Part shown: piece by piece, positions 6,776-12,557 of the stretch
How positions within the stretch are numbered: position 1 is the stretch's first letter
Layout of the letters: each line of letters starts with the position of its first letter
Assembly (NCBI GenBank): GCA_964644325.1
Contig: CAZXWR010000091.1
Span: 1-12,557 of the forward strand
Direction: 5' to 3'
Length of the DNA stretch: 12,557 bases
Source: an uncultured bacterium
GTDB taxonomy: Bacteria > Cyanobacteriota > Cyanobacteriia > Thermosynechococcales > Thermosynechococcaceae
Notes under the pieces: generated by a model
Told to the model about the DNA's origin: nothing
The model's database searches: none
Seen by the model: the letters and a program-made list of their open reading frames with translations, nothing else
Position numbers and translations under genes: made by a program

Positions 6776-7130
6776 TTTCAATACTGCGGGCGCAATCTCG
6801 TAGCGGTGCAAGTCCGTATTTTGCTCTGCTGGGCTGGTATCCTGCGGGCTTTTTCACTGGGTGGAAAGGCCGGCAGCAGCCAAAGGCCAGTGCGATCGTC
6901 GGCGGTGACCTTCGGGCAGCGTCGTGCAGGGTGGCTTGAGTATGCCCTTCTGGCTTGTCAGCTGGGGGTTGGCCTGCGGGCTAGCCGACCAGAGGGTTCG
7001 TCGGAACGGTATATGTATCAGGGGTTGAGCCGGGTAGGGTCTGCGGACTTTACCAGGCCGCTCTGGTTTAATCCAGCCCATCCGCAGCGATCGCCCGCAC
7101 TGTAACTGCGGATGCCCGCCATAGCGGGGC
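6776..7130 (+). other. ORF-poor, GC-rich structured region. Candidate non-coding RNA, leader, or integration scar.
   Basis: Only Gly/Arg-rich low-complexity ORFs are present. There are five copies of CTGCGG(G/A) on the same strand (6784, 6842, 6975, 7041, 7106). ATCCGCAG (7080-7087) can pair with either CTGCGGA (7041-7047) or CTGCGGAT (7106-7113), which are mutually exclusive helices. An exact 10-bp direct repeat CCGGGTAGGG occurs at 6738-6747 and 7030-7039. There is a T-loop-like CTGG-TTTAATC-CAGC at 7063-7077. Confidence 0.25.
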
Positions 7131-7131
7131 A

Positions 7132-7160
7132 TTGACCCAATACCGGGAACAATTAAATAT
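7132..7160 (+). promoter_or_regulatory. Candidate sigma70 promoter for the SPFH gene.
   Basis: TTGACC (7132-7137) is followed 16-17 nt later by TAAATA/AAATAT (7154-7160), then TTTTTT. AGGAA lies 11 nt upstream of ATG 7237. Confidence 0.3.
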
Positions 7161-7236
7161 TTTTTGCACTGCACCTGAAGCGTCGTGACCGTTGTCGTGC
7201 CGCGTTGGTGCAGCTTCCTATAGGAATGCTTCTGGC

Positions 7237-8769
7237 ATGATCAAAACCTTCTACATTAAGCCCCACGAACGAGGGCTACTGTTCTACCGCAGCCATTTTC
7301 AGCGGGTACTACTCCCAGGCACCCATCGTCGTATCGGTTGGCACTGGAACGTAAAAACCTATGACTTAAATCAGCCGGAAGCAAGCTTAGAAAACCTGGA
7401 GCTGCTCTGGCAGACCCATGCTCATGTGTTGCGCGAACATTTGCAGATCCTCCGCACGGCCCATAATGAAGCGGCTCTGGTGCAATTAGGGCAGCGCTGG
7501 CAGGTGGTACCCTCGAATCAACTGCGGGCGTTTTGGCGCGGTTTTGTTCCGGTTGAAGTGTTGCTCTTTAACTTAGATGAAACCATTGAACTGCCCCCCG
7601 CAGTGATGCTGCGTCTGCGGGAGCAGGCACAGGGGTTGTCCGGCCTCAAGAGGGTGCAGGTGCGGGACTTTGAGCTGGGGATGCTCTACGAACGGGATAA
7701 TTTTGTCCGAGCCCTAGAGCCTGGTCTGTACGGGTTTTGGACGGTCGATCGGGCGATCGCGGTTCATCTACTCGACCGCACCCAGCCCGACCCGCAGTTT
7801 CCGTTCCCGGAACTCCTGCTGGAGCAACACCCGGACTTTATGGCCCGCTACTGTCAGGCGGTCGAGCTGGGGGGCCAGGAAGTGGCGATCGCCCGCTACA
7901 ACGGCAAGGTGATTGCAGTGCTGCCCCCCTGTAGTCGGCGGATTTTCTGGCAGGGAGTGGCGGTGCAGATCATTGATATTGGCACGGATGCCAAACTGGA
8001 ACCAGCGCTGGTGGCAGAGTTGGTCTCGGGGTTACCCGAAGTTTTGCAGCTGGCCTATGAATCCCTGCATATCCAGGAAGTGCCTGCTCAGCACCTGGGG
8101 TTGCTCTATGCCGAAGGCGCTTTCCAGGGAACGCTAGCGCCGGGTTGGCATGTTTGGTGGGTGTTTGGGCGATCGCTCAAAACCGAGGTGGTCGATCTGC
8201 GGCTGCAAACCCTGGAGGTGTCCGGTCAGGAAATTCTATCGAAGGATAAAGTGCCCCTGCGGCTTAACCTAACGGCTGGGTTTCGGCTGGTGGATGCCGA
8301 ACGGGCAAAAGCTGAGCTAGCGGATATTGAGGGGTTCTTGTACAAAGAACTCCAGTTTGCCCTGCGCGGCGCAGTCGGCACCCGTACCCTGGATGAGCTG
8401 CTCGAAGATAAAGGGGCCATCGACACTGCCGTCTCGGACTACATTCGCCCCAAAACCTTAGATTACGGGATTCAGGTGGAGTCAGTGGGGGTCAAAGATA
8501 TTATCCTGCCCGGTGAAATCAAAACGATTTTGTCCCAGGTGGTTGCAGCGGAAAAACTGGCCCAGGCCAACAGCATTCGGCGGCGCGAAGAAACGGCAGC
8601 TACCCGCAGCATGCTGAACACGGCTCGCGTCATGGAAAATAACCCCATTGCGCTCCGCTTGAAAGAGCTAGAAATTCTCGAGCGCATTGCCGAGAAGATC
8701 GAAAAAATCAATGTCAACGGCAGCCTGGACAGCATCCTGACCGAAATTATTCAGATTGGTCAGCGATAA
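7237..8769 (+). CDS. SPFH/band-7 (stomatin/prohibitin/flotillin/HflKC) domain protein with a long N-terminal extension built from repeated SPFH-entry segments.
   Basis: The C-terminal 200 aa are a canonical SPFH domain: ...EILSKDKVPLRLNLTAGFRLVDAERA...GTRTLDELLEDKGAIDTAV...IQVESVGVKDIILPGEIKTIL...AEKLAQANSIRRREETAA.... The track ORF starts at TTG 7192. ATG 7237 (MIKTFYIKPHERG...) is preferred because it has the AGGAA site. Confidence 0.85.
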   Translation: MIKTFYIKPHERGLLFYRSHFQRVLLPGTHRRIGWHWNVKTYDLNQPEASLENLELLWQTHAHVLREHLQILRTAHNEAALVQLGQRWQVVPSNQLRAFWRGFVPVEVLLFNLDETIELPPAVMLRLREQAQGLSGLKRVQVRDFELGMLYERDNFVRALEPGLYGFWTVDRAIAVHLLDRTQPDPQFPFPELLLEQHPDFMARYCQAVELGGQEVAIARYNGKVIAVLPPCSRRIFWQGVAVQIIDIGTDAKLEPALVAELVSGLPEVLQLAYESLHIQEVPAQHLGLLYAEGAFQGTLAPGWHVWWVFGRSLKTEVVDLRLQTLEVSGQEILSKDKVPLRLNLTAGFRLVDAERAKAELADIEGFLYKELQFALRGAVGTRTLDELLEDKGAIDTAVSDYIRPKTLDYGIQVESVGVKDIILPGEIKTILSQVVAAEKLAQANSIRRREETAATRSMLNTARVMENNPIALRLKELEILERIAEKIEKINVNGSLDSILTEIIQIGQR

Positions 8770-9098
8770 CCCCATGGGTTCACAGGCAACATGCACCGCT
8801 GAGATATCTGGCCCCTGTCCAATCCAACTCTGTTCAACCTAACAACGAGGATGCCGAGAGCACTGACAGCCTAACGACGGTCGCGCAACTGACCTGTTCG
8901 ACTTTGAGTGACAAGAATCAAGTGTCTTGTTTGGAGTTGACCGCTTCTCCGGGAGCTTCTACAGTTCTGGAAGGGCAATTTGCTTCCAGAATAGGCAAGG
9001 GAGCCAGCACCTCAACGAAGAGCGGCGATCGTTGACCCGCTCCAGTTGGCCAAAGTCCAAAAAATAGCGGCGTTCTGTGACAAAAAAAGGGATGTGGT

Positions 9099-10802
9099 AT
9101 GGCAGGAGATGCGATCGCAAACGGTCAGAGACCCTTGACCGAAGTCCGGATTTCAGAACAAGTTTTGCCCCGTCCCAGGAGTGCCTCCCGCACCCTAGCC
9201 GCCATTGATATTGGCACCAACTCCATCCACATGGTAATCGTCAATGTGCAGCCCGACCTGCCCGCCTTCGATATCATCGATACCGAAAAAAGTACCGTGC
9301 GGCTGGGAGAGCGCTGCCCCAAAACCGGAAACCTATCCGTAGAAGCCATGGCACGTTCCATGGAAGCCCTGCGTCGCTGCCTGGAAATTGCCCGTGCCCG
9401 CCACGTTGAGCAGGTCATTGCCGTGGCCACCAGCGCCACTCGCGAAGCCCCCAACGGCAAGGACTTTATTCAAGAAGTAGAAGATCATCTCGGACTCAAA
9501 ATCAACCTCATTTCCGGGGTCGAGGAAGCCCGCCGAATTTACCTGGGCGTTTTATCTGGACTCGAACTCAACCATCAGCCCCACATCATCATTGATATTG
9601 GCGGGGGCTCCACCGAGCTGATTCTTGGGGACGGCCACGACCCGCGCTTTCTGAGCAGCACCAAAGTCGGTGCCGTCCGCCTGAGCGCCGAGTTTATTAG
9701 CACCGATCCCATTAGCGATCGCGAATTTGTGCGGCTCCAGGCCTACATTCGGGGCATGTTTGAGTGGCCCATTGAAGACCTAAAAGCTCAGATTCAGCCC
9801 CAGGAACAGGTGCAGATGGTGGGCACGTCCGGCACCATCGAAAGCCTCGTGCGGATGGATGCTGCTGTCCATACGGGAGCGGTTCCCAATTCCCTACAGG
9901 GCTATGTGTTAACCGCCGAAAACCTGAATCACCTGATTCAAAAACTCCGCCAGCTTCCCTTCAGCGATCGCTGTAAGCTGCCTGGTCTGTCGGAACGGCG
10001 GGCTGAAATCATACTGCCGGGAGCCATGATCCTCCAGGTTGCCATGACTGCCCTGGGAGTCAAATCCTTGACCCCCTGCTCACGGGCGTTGCGCGAGGGT
10101 ATGGTCGTGGACTGGATGCTCAACCACGGCCTCATTGAAGACCGACTCCGCTACCAGGGATCTGTGCGGGAGCGCAGCGTTCTGAACCTGGCCCAGAAGT
10201 ACCATGTCAACCTGCCCCATGCTCAGCAAGCCGCTCAGTTTGCCGTGGACTTATTTGATCAGTCCCAAGGGGTTCTGCACCAGTGGGGCACAGAGGAACG
10301 GGAGCTGCTCTGGGCGGCGGGGGTGCTCCATAACTGCGGTCATTACATCAGTCACTCTGCCCACCACAAACACTCTTACTATCTGATTCGTCATGGCGGA
10401 CTCCTCGGCTACACCGACATCGAAGTAGAGCTGATTGCCAACCTAGCTCGCTACCATCGCAAAGGTGCCCCTAAAAAGAAGCACGACCACTATCAAACCC
10501 TCACGAAACCCCAGCGTCAGCTCATTGACCAACTCAGCGCCATTCTCAAGCTGGCCGCCGCCATCGATCGCCGTCAGATTCGCGCCATTCAAACCGTCAC
10601 CCTTGATGTTTCAGCGGTGCAGTCTGGTCGAGTAATTTTGTCCTTGCAGCCTTCTGCGACAGGAGGAGACTGTAGCCTAGAACTATGGAGTCTGGAGTAC
10701 AAAAAAGCCTGCTTCGAGACCGAGTTTAACGTGCGCTTGATTCCGCAACTGCAAGATCAGGGCACGGGTTTAGATTCATCCCAGACGCTTCCGACGTCCT
10801 AG
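9099..10802 (+). CDS. ppx: Exopolyphosphatase / guanosine pentaphosphate phosphohydrolase (Ppx/GppA family).
   Basis: The N-terminal part is the Ppx/GppA actin-like fold (LAAIDIGTNSIHMVIV...DIGGGSTELIL). The C-terminal part is the HD-type helical domain (HNCGHYISHSAHHKHSYYLIRHGGLLGY...LARYHRKGAPKK). AAAGGGA lies 6 nt upstream of ATG 9099. Confidence 0.85.
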   Translation: MAGDAIANGQRPLTEVRISEQVLPRPRSASRTLAAIDIGTNSIHMVIVNVQPDLPAFDIIDTEKSTVRLGERCPKTGNLSVEAMARSMEALRRCLEIARARHVEQVIAVATSATREAPNGKDFIQEVEDHLGLKINLISGVEEARRIYLGVLSGLELNHQPHIIIDIGGGSTELILGDGHDPRFLSSTKVGAVRLSAEFISTDPISDREFVRLQAYIRGMFEWPIEDLKAQIQPQEQVQMVGTSGTIESLVRMDAAVHTGAVPNSLQGYVLTAENLNHLIQKLRQLPFSDRCKLPGLSERRAEIILPGAMILQVAMTALGVKSLTPCSRALREGMVVDWMLNHGLIEDRLRYQGSVRERSVLNLAQKYHVNLPHAQQAAQFAVDLFDQSQGVLHQWGTEERELLWAAGVLHNCGHYISHSAHHKHSYYLIRHGGLLGYTDIEVELIANLARYHRKGAPKKKHDHYQTLTKPQRQLIDQLSAILKLAAAIDRRQIRAIQTVTLDVSAVQSGRVILSLQPSATGGDCSLELWSLEYKKACFETEFNVRLIPQLQDQGTGLDSSQTLPTS

Positions 10803-10887
10803 TGGGGGCACTCAACTCGATCGACGGGAGAGAACCTGGCCCTGATCCATTCACGGGGCACCATCAACCCTTAAGATAAACTAAACC

Positions 10888-12177
10888 TTGGCCAAGCCCA
10901 GAACGGCTGTTTTCTCGATAGGGATCGCGGCAGTTTTCTCGGTCGCCTTGGTCTGGCCGCCCTTCAGACGCAGAAAAATCGTGAAAGCAATTACCCTCCT
11001 TGGTTCAACTGGCTCAATCGGCACCCAAACCCTGGATATTGTCACCCACCATCCCGATGAATTTCGGATTGTCGGATTGGCTGCGGGCCGGAATATTGCC
11101 CTCCTGGCAGCGCAGGTGCGACAGTTCCAGCCCGAAATTGTGGCGATCGCTGATCCCAGTCAACGGACTGAACTCGAAGGGGCGATTGCTGACCTACCGC
11201 GGCCCCCTCAAATTGTTTGCGGGGCGGCAGGCCTCGTTGAAGTGGCGGCCTATGGGGATGCCCAATCCGTCGTGACGGGTATTGTCGGCTGTGCCGGACT
11301 CCTGCCAACCATCGCGGCCATCAAAGCTGGGAAAGATATTGCCCTCGCCAATAAAGAAACCCTGATTGCGGGTGGCCCGGTTGTCCTGCCCCTCGTCGAG
11401 GCTCACGGCGTAAAACTGCTGCCCGCAGACTCGGAGCACTCAGCTATTTTTCAGTGTTTGCAGGGGCTACCGCCTGGGGGGCTACGCCGGATTATCTTGA
11501 CGGCTTCTGGGGGGGCATTCCGAGATTGGCCCGTCGAGAAACTTCCCCAGGTCACCGTGGCCGACGCCCTGAAACACCCCAACTGGTCGATGGGCCGCAA
11601 AATCACCGTAGACTCCGCCACCCTGATGAACAAAGGGCTAGAGGTCATTGAAGCTCACTATCTCTTTGGCGTAGACTACGACGCCATCGATATTGTGATT
11701 CATCCCCAAAGCATTATTCATTCCTTGATTGAAACCCAAGATACCTCCGTGCTAGCGCAGCTGGGCTGGCCCGATATGCGTCTGCCCTTGCTCTATGCCC
11801 TTTCCTGGCCTGAGCGCATCGCCACCGACTGGGAACCTTTGGATTTAGTCAAGGCGGGTGACCTCACCTTCCGCCAGCCTGATCATGCCAAGTATCCCTG
11901 TATGCAGCTAGCCTATGCAGCGGGTCGGGCCGGGGGCTGTATGCCAGCGGTGCTCAATGCCGCCAATGAACAAGCTGTGGCCCTCTTCCTGGACGAGGCA
12001 ATTTCCTTCCTCGATATTCCGCGCGTGATCGAAAAAACCTGCGATCGCTTTCAGTCCCAAAACCAGGTACAGCCCACCCTAGAGGATATTCTGGCGGCTG
12101 ACGACTGGGCCAGACAGACCGTCCTGGAAGTGAGTCAGACCGCCGCTGCCCAAGTCATACCCGTTGGCCCTGCCTAA
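10888..12177 (+). CDS. dxr: 1-deoxy-D-xylulose-5-phosphate reductoisomerase (MEP pathway).
   Basis: Diagnostic Dxr motifs are present: [69 protein letters not shown]. The track start 10888 is TTG and adds a hydrophobic 31-aa extension. GTG 10981 ([14 protein letters not shown]) gives about 398 aa, matching Dxr length, and is the more likely start. Confidence 0.95.
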   Translation: MAKPRTAVFSIGIAAVFSVALVWPPFRRRKIVKAITLLGSTGSIGTQTLDIVTHHPDEFRIVGLAAGRNIALLAAQVRQFQPEIVAIADPSQRTELEGAIADLPRPPQIVCGAAGLVEVAAYGDAQSVVTGIVGCAGLLPTIAAIKAGKDIALANKETLIAGGPVVLPLVEAHGVKLLPADSEHSAIFQCLQGLPPGGLRRIILTASGGAFRDWPVEKLPQVTVADALKHPNWSMGRKITVDSATLMNKGLEVIEAHYLFGVDYDAIDIVIHPQSIIHSLIETQDTSVLAQLGWPDMRLPLLYALSWPERIATDWEPLDLVKAGDLTFRQPDHAKYPCMQLAYAAGRAGGCMPAVLNAANEQAVALFLDEAISFLDIPRVIEKTCDRFQSQNQVQPTLEDILAADDWARQTVLEVSQTAAAQVIPVGPA

Positions 12178-12251
12178 AGCTATCCCCAACTCAACCTTAG
12201 AACGCTGAGCAGACCCTAATATTAGGGTAAGGTAAGCGAAGTGGCGCATCC

Positions 12252-12274
12252 GATCCATCTGGATCCAATTTTTT
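12252..12274 (+). terminator. Weak terminator-like hairpin plus T6 run after dxr.
   Basis: GATCC-ATCT-GGATC (12252-12265) is followed by CAATTTTTT (12266-12274). The stem is short. Other hairpins nearby are the perfect palindrome CCCTAATATTAGGG (12214-12227), CCGCG-CCCA-CGCGG (12280-12293) and GTGCGA-CTTT-TCGCAC (12296-12311). Confidence 0.25.
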
Positions 12275-12372
12275 GTGTTCCGCGCCCACGCGGCTGTGCG
12301 ACTTTTCGCACGGTGCGGTCTTCCCAATTCTTGAGTTCGAACCAGTATCTGGAGAGGGTTAGGGGGTTAGGG

Positions 12373-12557
12373 GTGACAGAGGATAACCAGTTAAAAATTC
12401 AATCTATCACCCGTGAAGATTTGCGGGCCCTGATTAAAACCCAGCTTCAGGCACTGCTGGAACAGGGCAACTTCTCGGGGGTCAAAACCCTGCTCGTTCA
12501 TGTGCAGCCCGCTGACATCGCCGATGCCATTGAGGGACTGCCCGAAATGATGCAGGC
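12373..12557 (+). CDS. mgtE: Magnesium transporter MgtE, N-terminal part. The gene continues past the window end.
   Basis: The open frame to the window end encodes VTEDNQLKIQSITREDLRALIKTQLQALLEQGNFSGVKTLLVHVQPADIADAIEGLPEMMQ, the MgtE N-domain pattern (...HPADIADLLEELP...). GTG 12373 is preceded by AGGGGG at 6 nt. In-frame alternatives are TTG 12331 and GTG 12313. The frame opens after TAG at 12223-12225. Confidence 0.65.
   Translation, partial: MTEDNQLKIQSITREDLRALIKTQLQALLEQGNFSGVKTLLVHVQPADIADAIEGLPEMMQ

Noticed and set aside
6773-7174. Gly/Arg/Pro-rich ORFs 6773..7105 (+) and 6854..7174 (-) in the GC-rich region after the tRNAs; also 6238..6594 (-) and 6458..6745 (+) overlapping the tRNAs.
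   Set aside because: Low-complexity products typical of random frames in GC-rich non-coding DNA. They overlap tRNA structures. The recurring LRA comes from the CTGCGGGC repeat.
6730-7190. tmRNA (ssrA) or RNase P RNA hypothesis for the structured region next to tRNA-like genes.
   Set aside because: There is no GGGGCUG 5' acceptor with a matching ...CCACCA 3' end or T-arm for tmRNA. The RNase P P4 signatures GGAAAGUCCGGGC and ACAGAA.CCGGCUUA are absent. The only similarity is AAGTCCG at 6812.
7737-8735. Track ORFs 7737..7934 (+), 7913..8137 (+), 8226..8426 (-) and 8472..8735 (-) within the SPFH gene; 9125..9460 (-), 9938..10135 (-) and 10204..10386 (+) within ppx; 11000..11648 assorted within dxr; 12079..12327 (-).
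   Set aside because: Alternative-frame or antisense ORFs inside strongly supported CDSs or hairpin-rich intergenic DNA, with low-complexity products.
12178-12372. M-box (Mg2+) riboswitch upstream of mgtE.
   Set aside because: It would be expected from context, but I cannot align the region to the M-box consensus by eye, so it is reported only as hairpin-rich leader.
1-12557. CRISPR arrays, integrase/transposase genes or defence islands.
   Set aside because: No regularly spaced direct repeats were found. No recombinase or transposase ORF was found. No gene resembles known defence modules. The only mobile-element signature is the small MITE in hicA.

Overview
This is a cyanobacterial-type chromosomal segment of about 55% GC. 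The HIP1 octamer GCGATCGC occurs exactly 17 times, so Escherichia-style start and RBS rules should not be assumed. The ORF track also uses TTG and GTG starts.

Content in order:
- 1..401 (-): the 5' part of a gene running off the window start, missed by the track; it encodes an ABM/Dabb-like protein.
- 605..1193 (+): a hicB-hicA toxin-antitoxin pair. The antitoxin hicB is intact. The toxin hicA is split into two out-of-frame halves by a roughly 130-bp insertion with terminal inverted repeats and a flanking duplication, which looks like a MITE.
- 1783..3756 (+): a 657-aa pentapeptide-repeat protein with about 64 A(N/D)LSx units and a roughly 270-aa non-repeat C-terminal domain.
- 3828..6305: a peroxide-stress locus. 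A thioredoxin-reductase-like flavoprotein (-) keeps its CxxC but has a degenerate NADPH-binding motif. A type II (Prx5-like) peroxiredoxin (-) follows. A PerR-like Fur-family regulator (+) is transcribed divergently. The shared promoter carries three phased AGAATnATTC-type boxes.
- 6306..7190: an ORF-poor, GC-rich, repeat-rich non-coding stretch. It holds two adjacent atypical tRNA-like genes: a pseudo-tRNA with encoded CCA, and a tRNA with anticodon CAU and a C1-A72 mismatch. Both have AT-rich acceptor stems.
- 7237..8769 (+): an SPFH/band-7 protein whose N-terminal two thirds consist of three extra degenerate copies of the SPFH entry segment.
- Then exopolyphosphatase (ppx), DXP reductoisomerase (dxr) and the 5' end of mgtE.

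No CRISPR array, integrase, transposase or recognisable defence system is visible. The most unusual items are the MITE-split hicA, the tRNA-like pair with its structured downstream region, the NADPH-site-less TrxR-like enzyme beside the peroxiredoxin, and the repeat architecture of the SPFH protein.
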